In this document: positions 48,617-61,718 of the stretch, one piece after another
Position numbering within the stretch: the first letter of the stretch is position 1
Layout of the letters: the number at the start of each line of letters is the position of its first letter
NCBI GenBank assembly: GCA_012295275.1
Contig: CM022673.1
Span: 11,718,001-11,782,000 of the forward strand
DNA from: Chrysomallon squamiferum
Taxonomy: Eukaryota > Animalia > Mollusca
Direction of reading: 5' to 3'
Length of the DNA stretch: 64,000 nucleotides
The notes under the pieces: model-generated
The model's database searches: none
What the model saw: the letters and a program-made list of their open reading frames with translations, nothing else
Told to the model about the DNA's origin: nothing
Position numbers and translations under genes: made by a program

Positions 48617-50487
48617 GTTGTTTGTGTGTAAGTGTGTCTGAGCGAAAGTGCAAGTTAAATTAATTTGACGCATTTCAGAAACGACACCAACGATCTCTCC
48701 AAGCACGACTACCACGACATCTTTTGAGACGACAGCAACAGTTACGGAGACGTTCACTACAACTACTCAACAGAAAGGTGATTTGAAGATTGCAAAATTA
48801 CAGACAGCGAAAAGGAATGCAGAAAAAAAAAAATTCTTTTTACATTTTATTTATCTATTTATTTATTTATGAGCACAAGCACACTGTGAATACATATTTT
48901 TTATTATATATTTAAAATTATTTACATTTAATTTTTTTTTCTACAGAAAAATTTTGAAGTAAATAGGACAAACAAATCAAATTTTAACAATCTCATTTGC
49001 ACAGTCTGCATGTTTATTTGCACTCAGCTTTGCATGTATACCCGTAGAGTTCCTCAAATAGAGAAATTTTAGTGATATGTCAGGCTTTCTAGAATTCTCT
49101 GAACATTCTAAAATCTACATTTTGAATCTTTTTATGTGTGGTGCGTGATTTTGCGTATGTGAGTGTGATGCTTTAAACTTAGTGGGCAGGTACGGATATC
49201 TGCAAATATGTTTACAACGTAAAATAAGATAAAAATAATAAGGTAATAATAATAATAATATAGGTAAGTAAGTAAGTAAGTAAGTAAGTAAATAAGTAAA
49301 TAATAAAAAATATATATATATTAAAAAAAAAAAAAAAAAAATAATAATGAATTTATTTTCAAAATTTTCAGTAAGAAATTATAATTATCTTCCATGTTTA
49401 ACACCTAATATGTTTCGGGGTTATTACTATTTTGAAATTCCATTGACTGAAAAAAATCACGTAACAGAATACTGTAACAACTGTTCCATTCACAGAAACA
49501 ACTCCTGTTGTTACAACGAGAAAACCACCGAGAGAAACCACGCGAGCAGTTCAAGTCACCAAGTTCCCAACACCCCATTATGACGACGGTAATGTTTATT
49601 TATTTATTTATTTTGAAAAGAAGTAATAATAATAATAAAAAAAAGTTATAATATAAATAAGTAAAATAAAATAAAATAAATAAATAAATAAAAATAAAGC
49701 CGACATTTTAAAATAGCAATAATAGTAGTAATAAAAATTATATAAAAAGTTTTTGGTTTTGAAATGAAGTAAAAATAGTGTACAGAATTTCATCAGTAAA
49801 AATATGTATTTTTGTATTTTAGTTACACTGACATAAAAAAAAAAAAAAAAAAATTAAAAAAAAAAAAAAAAAATTAAACTCAATTGCTTAAAAAAATATA
49901 AAAGCCCAACAAAAAAACAAACAAACACCCACGTGTATTATCAACGAAACTGGCAAAATTAAATTGTTGTGCAATACAAGTAACAGGAAGATAAGGGACT
50001 AATTTCATATTCGCTCTCTCTCTCTGTATATCTCTCTTTGAAACACACACACAGAAATGGGGGAAATGAATACTTTGATTAAAAAGTATCAGAGCGGTCA
50101 ATTTTTCCTGACATTTTCGCGGATAAAAACAAAAACACCAAACTCTTCTTGCTCATTACCACGTTACCCAACTGTACACCCATTCACACGTTATAAACTC
50201 ACGCACACGCACACACGTACACACTATCAAATTCATGCCGTAACAAGAATCTCAACTTCTTCTTTAATATTAAATATATTTAGAGGTCTTAAAACAAATA
50301 TTCTTTCATCCATCTATCCATCCGTTCACCCATCCAACTGTTTTTTTTTTGTCTTTCATTCATTTTACTACTATGTAAATTACATAATAATAAAATCTTA
50401 CGTTTTCTTTCAGCGGCTGAAATTCAGGCTTCTTGCAAACTGGTCTTCGTCATCTCTGTGTTGTTATTTGTTTTGGGTGTCTTGTAA
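35752..50487 (+). CDS. Predicted GPI-anchored cell-surface protein (~399 aa): signal peptide, two six-Cys neuritin/RGM-N-like modules, mucin-like stalk. Exons 35752-35785, 41432-41537, 42553-42686, 43861-43969, 44339-44472, 45155-45175, 45735-45749, 46619-46693, 47157-47462, 48679-48777, 49496-49588, 50414-50487
   Basis: Exons sum to 1200 nt with consistent phases. MKHWILLAAVF|AVSMVTSVKG-SC forms a signal peptide; two repeats of C-x6-C-x15/17-C-x8-C-x7-C-x25-C; Ser/Thr-rich symmetric phase-1 exons; C-terminal YDDAAEIQASCKLVFVISVLLFVLGVL* is GPI-signal-like. Confidence 0.8.
41432..41537 (+). CDS. GPI-protein exon 2 (signal peptide end, module 1 Cys1-3)
   Basis: tctcttcag acceptor, TC|gtaagt donor, 106 nt, GC-rich. 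Confidence 0.85.
42553..42686 (+). CDS. GPI-protein exon 3 (module 1 Cys4-6)
   Basis: poly-T + gag acceptor, G|gtaagt donor, 134 nt, SLNEFVQCTYTVLQPC...PPNNCVV. Confidence 0.82.
42655..43290 (+). repeat. Tandem repeat (86-96-bp units decaying to ~45-bp subunits) derived from the exon 3 end plus donor site
   Basis: caa(c/t)cacctaataactgtgttgtgggtaagtacttaaataaccatt recurs at ~42662, 42749, 42845, 42931 and then decays. Confidence 0.9.
43861..43969 (+). CDS. GPI-protein exon 4 (module 2 Cys1-3)
   Basis: ctgcag acceptor, AG|gcgagt GC donor, 109 nt. Confidence 0.8.
44339..44472 (+). CDS. GPI-protein exon 5 (module 2 Cys4-6)
   Basis: ttgttcag acceptor, A|gtaagt donor, 134 nt (same length and phases as exon 3). 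Confidence 0.85.
45155..45175 (+). CDS. GPI-protein 21-nt microexon (NIECETK)
   Basis: ccttttttcag acceptor, AAG|gtgagt donor, phase 1-1. Confidence 0.7.
45735..45749 (+). CDS. GPI-protein candidate 15-nt microexon (VPQVT)
   Basis: ttttaag acceptor, CCG|gtaaga donor, phase 1-1, open frame. Confidence 0.45.
46619..46693 (+). CDS. GPI-protein stalk exon (VCYSTVTQ...TMTSS)
   Basis: ccaag acceptor, CAG|gtaagc donor, 75 nt, phase 1-1. Confidence 0.65.
47157..47462 (+). CDS. GPI-protein Ser/Thr-rich stalk exon
   Basis: ttttag acceptor, CAG|gttatt donor, 306 nt, lies within ORF 47147-47479. Confidence 0.75.
48679..48777 (+). CDS. GPI-protein Thr-rich exon (ETTPTISPSTTTTTS...)
   Basis: catttcag acceptor, AAG|gtgatt donor, 99 nt. 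Confidence 0.8.
49496..49588 (+). CDS. GPI-protein Thr/Pro-rich exon (ETTPVVTT...HYDD)
   Basis: ttcacag acceptor, G|gtaatg donor, 93 nt. Confidence 0.78.
50414..50487 (+). CDS. GPI-protein terminal exon (hydrophobic GPI signal)
   Basis: ttttctttcag acceptor; AAEIQASCKLVFVISVLLFVLGVL then TAA; AATAAA about 40 nt downstream. Confidence 0.82.
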
Positions 50488-51012
50488 AACCTAAATTAAA
50501 TTTTAAAATATTCACAACCATGTTAAAATAAATACAGCTGATGTTTACTGTGATAAAGAAAAATCCTGGTGTTAGTCGAAATTTAAATACAAAAACATTA
50601 TTGATATAATTATTTCTAAGATATTATATATGAATGAAATAAATTAAATATTAATCCTTTCTCTTTCTCCTGCGGATAATTTATTCATATTAATTCCTTT
50701 ATAAAATCAAAAGTTATTATTATTATTATTATTATTATTTTATAGTTTTCGTTATTGTAATACTATTTGTTATTATTAGTGTTTTCATTATTTGCATTTT
50801 GTGTCTGTGTTTCTATTATTATTACTTATCTATTTTATGCAAAGAATGAATTTAAGATTGAATTATTCAGTTAGAATATAATTATGTTAAACAAAACAGA
50901 CAGAAATTTACAAAATCATGTGTATTTAATAGTTTGTTTGGGCTTGATGTAATAGTGTTTTTTTTTTTTTTTTAAAACAGTATCTGATAAGGTTCTTTTT
51001 AGCCTAGGACAA

Positions 51013-51075
<63 letters not shown>

Positions 51076-51206
51076 AAATTATGGTCATTTCCTTTAAGAT
51101 ATTTAATTCAAATGAATTGGAATAAAAATTATAAAAAATCAATACCTCAACTTACCTTACACAACAAAATTCACTCCTTTAACATCATAAATAAATAAAT
51201 TAATAA

Positions 51207-51252
<46 letters not shown>

Positions 51253-51347
51253 CAAATGATAATAGAAATTCAAAATCAGTTGATTGGAATGTTATATAAA
51301 CAAATGATAACAAGCCTATATTCGCAACAATTTTTAAGAGAAAAGAA

Positions 51348-51378
<31 letters not shown>

Positions 51379-52493
51379 TAAAGGTTCTTTCAACAGTATA
51401 TATGATCTATAATTTCTATTTTAAATTCTGCCGGGTGCAATGAGATTCTCGCTTGGAAATTCATGGATACCAATCCTCATTTAATTATCGTGCTTTGATA
51501 CTGGAAACAGAAAATAATGTAAATAGAATTTTCACGAAACAGCTATAATGAGGCGCTATTTTTGGGGAATTACAAAGATTTAAATTAAATGTATTATTAC
51601 ATATAAACAGCATATACAAACAGAAACATGCATGCATACTGACATAAATACATCACATTCACGCACACACACGTACACAATATATGAACTTACACACACA
51701 CACACACAATAATAATTATGCTGTATATAAAATTTCAAGATATGATTCATAACAGCTAATATTATGTAAATCGGTTTGAAATCGTGGGTGACGGCGTATT
51801 ACATTTTCTAAGTAAATAAAAACAAGATAATAATAAAAAAAGAAATAAAAAGATTTTGCTGTTGTGTCAAGAAATAAAAATGTTTGACTTATTAGTTTGT
51901 CCGTTTGTTGTTTTCCAGCGCCATATTTAGATAATGATTTTTTTCTTTAAATAATTTATTTGATAGAAATTTATATCATAATCAGAAAGAATATAAACAC
52001 CCCCCGCCTATCTGAAATATTGTGCCCGCCCAAGTAATTATGATTGTTAATAAGAATAATTATTCAAGCATAATTTGCCATATACATTAAATGAATTTTT
52101 TTAAAAATTAAATATAATTAATATAATTTAGTTGCTTATTTAACGTTTTTTATTATTATTATTATTAGTTTAAAATAATTTATTACTTTATTTTAACTTC
52201 TGGTCTAAGTACAGTTATTCTTTCTGTAAATACTGATAAGGCATACATTTATTGTGATTCACGTATAAGGGAAAGGCCGTATTCCATTATTCATTATTTT
52301 TTCCCTATTGTTTTTTTTTTTTTTATTTATTTATTTATAAATTTAGGAGGAAACTTATTTGTAGGTTATATCGATCCCCGTTGAATCCGCCTATCCATTT
52401 CATAAAATTCAGGATCCACCTTTGAAATGAATAAAAAATTAAACATTTTAATGAAACGATATTAACTCTCCAAGCAAATATTCTTTAATAACA

Positions 52494-52526
<33 letters not shown>

Positions 52527-53012
52527 TGAATAAGCAAAAAGTAAAATAAATAAAGAAAAAGCTTTTAACGTTATTCCGTTGTCATTTTGTACCAATGTTA
52601 TCTCATCATAAAAACAGGTAGACATTTTTATGACGCTGTTTTATTATTAGAGAGTCATTTTGAAATAATTAATAAACAATTTCGCTGAAATGCCTTTCTG
52701 TGGATTAGCTTATTGATTTTCTACTTTTGGCTATTTATTCTCAAAAAAAAAAAACCAGGTAGGAAATATTTATTATTCAAATTTTACAGAACGTAATTGA
52801 AATTTATTAATATTCAAACTTACGTAATTAATTTAAATCACAAACCTTCCTTATGAAAAATAATGCAAACGGGCCAGAACGCCTTTCTTATGCACCCACA
52901 AATTACTGGACCTCTCCAAACAGATGAATTATTTTCTCTACTGTAGTTATTAGAAATACAGTACACACTAGGCTCAAGACTTATAATTATTACTTAACAA
53001 GTTCCTAGTAAG

Positions 53013-53047
<35 letters not shown>

Positions 53048-54210
53048 CACACACATTAAAAATGACTGCGGGTCTGTGGATAATTTTAACATAATATATC
53101 TAGAGAATACTTGTAGAGTCAGTAATTAACAACTGCTCCAACAATGTTATTTTTCTTGTATGATTTGATATAATTTTCTCCTATATTATTATTATTATTA
53201 TTGATATTATTAGTGTTGCTACTTCTACTACTACTACTATTACAGTATCAGAAAAAGTGTTCTATCGTTAATGTTAATTTAACTATGAGTTACAATATTT
53301 ACATTATAACAGAATTTTTAAATATTAATTTCTGTATACATTTTTCGTGGGTGTGATAACCGAATTCAGATTAAATATAGATATTTTATGCGATTAGCTA
53401 CTGTCCTGTTTACTGGAACTTGACACTTTTGATACAGAATTTCAGTCAACAATATTATCATTATCGTAAGCTGATCTTATAAAGATACGGAATGTTTGTA
53501 TACCTCTCATAAATAAGTAAGTGCAGAATCAAATTACTCAAATGTTATTTACTGTACGAGTTTGAAATTGGGATACGAAGACCACAGCAACGACAACCAG
53601 AATAACATCACAATCAGTAACAATATTAACAACAACAACAACAACACTAATAATAACAAATAGCAGGATGTATGTAAAATACAATAACGTAAAACGAAAT
53701 TTTCAACTTCGTGAGGCAGCTCCAGTAAATGGGAGATAACTCTTACATGAATTATCTTCTCCTACCATTACTCCTGACAGCAACGACAAAGAAAAAAGTG
53801 AGAAAAAAATCGTTAGGAGTAATAGTCTCCACTTATTTCAACATTTTTCTCTGTTTTATGCTACTCGCAAGATATCGCTAATAATTTCATTAATTTTATA
53901 CAAACTGTTAACAGTATTATTTCTTCTCTTCATCAAGAAATGTTTCTTTCCTTATCTGTCTGTCTCCCATTTTCCCCCCTCGTTTACCTCTAATCAGCTC
54001 CATTTTAAAAAAAAAAAGATTAAAAAAAGGCATTTAGTTATTCTTTTCCATTTCTTATCCTGTTCCTCCATTCACCTTTTCCACATTTGTGTATGGAATT
54101 CGTCTTCTGATATATACACGGTTAACAACATACACACACTGACAAACAGATATACAAGTTTCTGCAGTTCAGTTTTGTCACATATATATTCATTCTCTCG
54201 TATGTACGAG

Positions 54211-54253
<43 letters not shown>

Positions 54254-54644
54254 ACAGATTTATCGTAGTTCAGTTTTATCGTACATAAATTCTTCAAGCC
54301 ATACGTAGACACGCATACATACACACAGATTTACACAATTTGCTGTATATTTCCCTTGTGCACAGTTACAGGTTCTGATTTATAAAATATTCTGTATATT
54401 TTCCTTGTCTTGTGCAACACACAAGCACACAAACACACACACACACACACACACTGTATATTTGTACTTGTCTTGTGGCATAAGACTGATCGATACGCTG
54501 TGTTCAAGTCGATATTGGCGAACACGTTTTGTTACTGTGACACGCACAAGAAATGTTAATTTTTCCTGTATCGTGTGACAGCAACTGGCATGAAACACCA
54601 TTACACATCTTCCCTGCCTTCATCTGTCATCTGAAACATACACA

Positions 54645-55125
54645 TATTAAATATTATTTATTTAATACTTAGAAACAAACAGAATAATATTATATATTTA
54701 ATACTTAGAAACAAAGAGAATATTAAATATGATATATTTAATAATTAAAAACAAAGAGAATATGAAATAAGATGTATTTAATATTAAATAAAAGCCCCAT
54801 AAAAAACCCAACAAAAACAAAGAATATTCAATAAAATATATTTAATACTTTAAAAAATCCAGAATATTAATTAAGATATATTTCATACTTAAAAAAACTC
54901 CTAGCATATCAAATAAGATATACTTCATACATAAATACAAACAAAATATATTTAATACTTAAATTAAACAGAATATTAAATAAGATATATTTAATACCCA
55001 AAAACAAACACAATATTAACCTTATAAAAAATACATTTAATACTTAAAACAAACACAATATTAAATAACATACATTTAATAGCTAAAAAACAAACCAAAT
55101 ATTAACCAATATAAAATACATTTAA
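54645..55125 (+). repeat. AT-rich degenerate ~36-40-bp minisatellite (~12 copies)
   Basis: Unit ~tatttaatacttaraaacaaacagaatattaaataaga. Confidence 0.8.
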
Positions 55126-55403
55126 AACCCCGTTATAGACTAAAATGAATACTGAAGATGGATACTGTACTTTTTGCCCTCTTCTAAATATTAATAAAGA
55201 TGAGATATTACTGAGATAGTATAATTTTTCTGAACATTTAAGTTATACATTAAACAAACTGTGTTATATTTATGGCTAGAAATGCACTACTGCTTGCTTT
55301 TGAATTATAAAATGTATTCAAAGAAAAAAGTAATTAAAAATTCTCTCATAGCTAATGACTATGATATTGTATGCGTTAGTAAAATGAAATGAGAAAATGA
55401 GAA

Positions 55404-55460
<57 letters not shown>

Positions 55461-55947
55461 CACAGCAATAAAATCCCCTCCCAAAAAGTCAACTTCTATT
55501 AAAAACCATTAAAATGGCTATTTTAAAAACATTTTTTATAAAATAATAATACATAAATATCACCACTGTTATCCAAACAGGTTTTATTATTATGGTGTAT
55601 TACTGCTAGTACTGTTTCTATACTACTACTACCAAAGCTAAATGTTTCTGAAATAACCTTTTCAAGCTGTTGTTGTCGATACATGGCTGTGTTTTCTGAG
55701 GTCACGTTTACAGTTATTACATCATTCAATGACGTTTCAAATTTATTGCCTCTGGAATTCGGTGCATTTCAGTTATTGTCCACCTCTTTAATCCGTCCCA
55801 TTATTTTACACACAGAGATGTACGACATCCCGCAGGCATCCTAATTATAGACATTACGGCTAACGTTTCCGGCTAAGGTCAAAGTGTAGAACATTTTTGC
55901 TTTCTTTTGTTTTCGGATAAGATAACCATCGATTGCACATATATACA

Positions 55948-56051
<104 letters not shown>

Positions 56052-58218
56052 AATTTTTACAATTTATCAATCCCAAAAAGGTGAAGGTATTTAATATAAC
56101 CAAACAGATTACTGAATTTCTTCATTTTTAATTATTACTGTAGGATTTATCTTCCACTTTCGTTGTATGATAATTTATTTACGTAAACTGACAGCAAAAT
56201 GATTATCTCAAAGAGAAACAGTTAGAAACAGAAAAAAAAAGTCTCTCTTGCCTGCAATTAAAAATAATTTAATTACGTTGCATATCTGTTTCTTCTCACA
56301 GAAATGCTCCGGCGTTTGGGTGACCTCCACTTGTCTGCCGGTAGATGTCTCCCTATGGGGTCGTTTATTGTGTGAAAATGTCGAAACTGCCTCTTCTTGC
56401 TCGTTTCCATTCGCACCTACCTCCCACAATCCCATTTTTTATGCTAACCTTTCCTCCATAACTCGTCCCCTTTCAAACCCGGCCTACACATCACCGCCCC
56501 CGCATCAGTCTATTGTTTCACATTTTATTCACTGTCACCAACACATCATCAAAGCTTAACCCGTACTGCCAACCGTTTTAGAACCGCTTATGCATCGTAA
56601 AATTCTATTGGTTTGTTTTACCAATGTGAAGAACGTTACGTGAAAGATTCACGTAACACACGACTGAAGTACATTTTGTAAACAGCACTCAACTCCCGCA
56701 TACATTTTACTATTTATAATTTACTTTTTTTTTTTTTTTTTTTTTTAAAAGATATCTCCAAGTGTTGTTGTTGGATGTTTTTTCTTGTTGGTTTAAGGTG
56801 CACATCAACACGTAGTTCATGTTAATAGCAAGCTCTCGCTGCGAGTACTGCTCTACCTGTCTAATTACACAAACCAGGGTCTGTACGGACGGGACGTCAC
56901 GTACACACTGCCGTCACACAGATCCATGTAACCAGAGGAACAGCGAGGTAAACAAGCCGGGCTAAGCCAACGTGATCAATCTGATTTAAATAAACATCTG
57001 ATATGGGGGTGGGGAGCGGGTGTTGAGAGAGAGAGAGAAAGAAAGAAAGAAAACAGTATCAGATTAAATTAATTCTGGTATAGTTTTAATCTGTTTTGTT
57101 CATTATTATAAAAACATTACTATGTATGTATGCATGTATGCATGTATATATGTAATGTATGTATGTATATATGTATGTACGTATGTGTACATGTATGTAT
57201 GCATTATGCATGTACGAACATATATAATAATCATTAATATATCTTTTTGTTATAAATATAATTTGTTTCGTGATTCAATCTAACCTCTGACCTTCAATCC
57301 ATAACAGGAAATATTATATTTCCATATAATTTATTTTACCAATAAAAGACTATATTGTATTTAATAAAATGTTAGGTTATAAAAATTAAAGAACAAAAGC
57401 AGAAGAAAATTGATTATATAGTTGCATCATCCTAGTATAAGAATAAATAATTCTTAAATAAAAGAACTATTAACCAAATAAACAGTTTCATAACAATTAC
57501 ATGTAAAAAAGTATCCTTCAGAATAATACATTTTGAAAACTACAGCTTACAGACAAGGAGAATTCATATTTCCTTTTTAAAAAAATCAATTGTTAAATAA
57601 CAGACATCACAAATAGTTGAGAAGAAAACAAAAGAAAAGGTTAACAAAACATCACAATTCATTTAAAACAAGATCCCTTCCAATTTCTACCCTTTTTATA
57701 ATCTTACCATAATTTTCGTTTACATAGAAATATGCCTAGTATGCGATTACACATACCCAGCAAAAAACACCGCTATCCACCATATTTGGGATGTTTACGA
57801 AATTCAGTAGATAACTCGGAACGTGACTCGGGCTGCAGTCTGAGACACATCGTGGGAAACCGGACGCTGATTGGTCCGAATGTGTCTGCCTTCATTTTAA
57901 TATGACCTGACCTGATACGTGATAGAGATACCGTATGTATCACGTTTATATTGAGTGAGAATAGCAGCCGAACATTCATAGACGATATAACAATATCGAT
58001 ATCTCTTTTTCACTGCCAGTATACTAATTTATGATAAGTATATTCTACTTTCGGCTGAATGGAATGTTCGAGATTTGCACAGATTACGTGCACTCTGGCA
58101 TGCCGGCTTCCTTGTCAACGTGACTTCTGTTGTTATATTAGGTTTCACCGACTGAAAAGAAAGGATTTGCTTTGGCTAGCTTTTTTTTTTGTTGCCGTGG
58201 CGAAGCAAACGTGTATTA

Positions 58219-58422
58219 TTAGTTGTGTGTGAAGGTCGGGTATGCCGTCGTGATAAACGTGAGGCGGTTGATGGCTTTCCTGTTGTGTACATTGACTTCG
58301 TGTGTTCGGACATTCCACCACAGGTTGTGGAACACCGGATCAAATATTTCCGGGTCGTTGTTCGATATGATCACCGTGTTACTGATTGACCGGTAACCAG
58401 TACAGCCTTCGGCTGGCGACAT
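58219..58422 (-). CDS. Candidate small ORF or terminal coding exon (67 aa), unknown function
   Basis: 45 of 67 codons end in G/C in an AT-rich background; aaacaATG context; TAA TAA double stop; internal phase-1 acceptor at 58413-58415. Confidence 0.45.
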   Translation of the reverse strand: MSPAEGCTGYRSISNTVIISNNDPEIFDPVFHNLWWNVRTHEVNVHNRKAINRLTFITTAYPTFTHN

Positions 58423-58586
58423 TGTTTGATAAAATAATTATTATCGTCAAGGATGTGTGTGCTATTTTTATTTACCGTATTTAATACAAATAAATGTGTA
58501 AACAAAATTTTGTGATGACTACAACAGTTACAATCGGAAACATTATATAAAATAGTAACAGCCATAACCATATAAAACAACAACGA

Positions 58587-58644
<58 letters not shown>

Positions 58645-61628
58645 TATCTGGAATTTGAGATAAAATATAAAGCGTTATTTACTATTCATTCTGTACCGTC
58701 GAAACTATAAATATAGTTATTTCATAATGCATACAACAACAAACTCAGCAGATTAATTTATTGAAGACAACTAAAATATGAATATTCAAAACATTTTAGC
58801 CAACTGATACCTGTTCCATAAATCTCAGTCTAATTTATTACGGAAATTAAAACGATTATTATTATCATTTATAATTATATGCAAATTATGTTTGACTTAC
58901 ACATGAATAAAATTAGTATGACGTTTTAATATTAATAATAAGAGGAGTGAGAGCTTATTAGCGATGTGATGCAATCACTGAAGCCAAACAAAGGAACTGT
59001 GAAGACTAACAAAACCTACCGAAAACGAATATCGCAGACATCTTTCTCGATCATTTCTTTTTCCAATAATAATCTTCTTCTTGTGCATTTAAGACATTTA
59101 CATACTGACGAAATTTATAAAAACCCACCGATTCTGCACAGTACTCCACCCAACCAGTGTAAACATCTTGCGACGGAAGTAGTCTGCAACTGGCGTTCTT
59201 GAATCACACATCAAATTATTGTCCAATGAAAAGCTTCATAGAATCCTACTCGAATTATTGGTCAGATGTTTCTAATTTTAACTTTTTAAGTTATTGTTAC
59301 TGGTTGCCCTTGGTTACTCACTGATGATGTCATCATCTTTTACTCTGAATAAGAAATAATGACGAAACATCTGTACTTCACAAATATCCAAAAACGTGTT
59401 ATCCAAAATCAGTGAAAACAATAGCAAAGAAATATAATAATAATAATAGTAAATGACAACAGTAATAATGACATTTTTTAATTAAAAAAAACGAAAAGAA
59501 ACGGAGAAAGGTAAACAATAAAATAAATAAACCACAGCTAAATAAAAGAATAATGATGTAAAAAGCGAAAACAAAAAGTAGAATACGTTTTGTTGTTTCT
59601 GTAGGCTTTTACAAAGGCGAAAACTGATAGCCTGATGCAATAATAGCCGAACCTTACCTTCCAGCGATCTTGAATTACTCTCCAGCAGCTGGCAAATAAG
59701 AACGCTCCATTAATTTCATGCCGGTGTAGATGCGAAATAAAGGAACAAAACTTTCAGCCGCCAAAATTTATCACCAGACTGCCGTTTTAAAATGGTTTAC
59801 TCTATCGATTATAATGTTAATATTACTGATTTAAATAAACTGACTGTACCGTTACGTGAAATAAAAGCTGTCTACAGTTAGTTGTATGGAGGGAAACAAT
59901 ATTTTTGGAATAATGTTATATGTGTAGGGATATATGATGCAGCCATGCTTTAAAATGATAAAAAAAATCTTTTTTTGCCGCAGTTTGTCCGAATTAGTTT
60001 TGATGTATTTTTTTGAGCGAGTCATTCGTAGATGTTTAATTATATATTTAAAAAAAACATAAAAAATAAAAAATAAAAAAGTAATAATAATAAAAAAAAT
60101 AATAATAACATCTGATAACTTCGCCATAATCAATATGTTGGGAAGGATGCAAACCCCCCCCCATAACGTAATGACGCTGCTGTTTTTTAACAGTGACTAT
60201 CTTCCTGACCTTTCACACGAAACGTACAAAATATATAGACCATGTAATAACTGAATATTTCTGAATACTTGCAACATACTGCGCTAAATATTGGATTTTG
60301 CCATTACTACGCTTGACTGTACCTAGAAATATGCAGAGAGGCGTCTGCACCTTATTATTAAATAATATAAGCAATTATTTACGTTATCGTGTTTGGAAAA
60401 GGAGAGGTTGTAATAGACAGCTTTGATACTGCATCAAAATTCCTTTCAAATATTTCTTTTGGTAAAAATTCTATTTCATCTTTTCTTTGCCGTTGTTCAA
60501 GTTATTATTTTTTTTTCTTACTGTCAATAGTTAATGAAAACTGACAGACGGGATTTCCTGAAGCGGCTTTCCGGAACGATAATAACACGTTAATGACTAT
60601 CTAAGTCATTCTGCTCGCAACGTCACGTTTTTCTCTATTTTTTTTTTGTATTTTTATTTTTTGCCCTTGACCATTTTAACACACACACACACACACACAC
60701 ACACAACACACACACAACACACACACACACTATTAGTGCTACTATTATTATTGTTATCAAAGGATCATCTCTGTGATGTCGCGGAAAATGGCCGGGCAAT
60801 GTCCAGATCTTATGACCAAAGTCCCGAAGGCGTGGCCGATTCATGTGAATAGACTAAGTGATGTATGTTAGATTACATATTGCATTTTCATAAAACTTAC
60901 CCGAAACTAATTTGTAGCACTATTAACAGTATATGAATGTACTGCTGGTTTATATCTACAGAAGTGAATGATTGTTTTTACATTTTATAAAGCGTCGAGT
61001 CATTGTGGCATATCTCTGTCACGATTTGCAGCTCTGCATTACAAAGCGATCTCAGAACCTATAGCTCTGTATAACACTGATTTAGTCACTGCGCGACCAG
61101 TACTATACTAGGATTAAGTGGGGGTGATCCGGCACTGAAATACTTAAGTGAAATTACTGTAACAATTAGCTCTAAAATGTAACCAGTCATGATGAAAGTT
61201 TTTTCCTGATAACAGGAAATCATGCATGTCATAAATGTCTTTATCAATAATAGTAGAATATTCAGTCTTCAAGCATGACTACGTTCAATAACAAAATTGT
61301 ATCGGTAATTAAATCCGACTATCCCTTAGTGAGGTTGAAAACATTAGGTGTCTATTTATACTCATTGACAGGTACCCTTCACGCATGAATTATTTAGTAT
61401 TCATTATGAAACTCGGCATGCCACGTGTTGAACGTGAGCGCTTCCTTCGTTCATTCTCGGAGAACTTTCGCGCGTTTCCGTCTCTATACTTTCTGCATCT
61501 ATTACGTTTAGAGTAGCGCTTAAGCGGTCAAAGGTATCATGCAGTAAATGCTTTCCTCACACACACATACGTACACACACATAGATGATTTATAATAACC
61601 AACAACTCTGCAATTGTATACTTAAATC

Positions 61629-61718
<90 letters not shown>

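Noticed and set aside
56302-56947. Plus-strand mini-exons 56302-56340 (MLRRLGDLHLSA) and 56922-56947
   Set aside because: Weak donor/acceptor sites, no continuation found and no recognisable protein
59020-59183. In-frame TGA (59051-59053, minus strand) as selenocysteine or readthrough in LLPSQDVYTGW...KKK*SRKMSAIFVF
   Set aside because: No redox motif, no recognisable selenoprotein similarity and no SECIS identified; more simply a UTR stop before an ATG
61030-61140. tRNA or tRNA-SINE-like segment (also near 39910)
   Set aside because: No cloverleaf and no properly spaced A/B boxes
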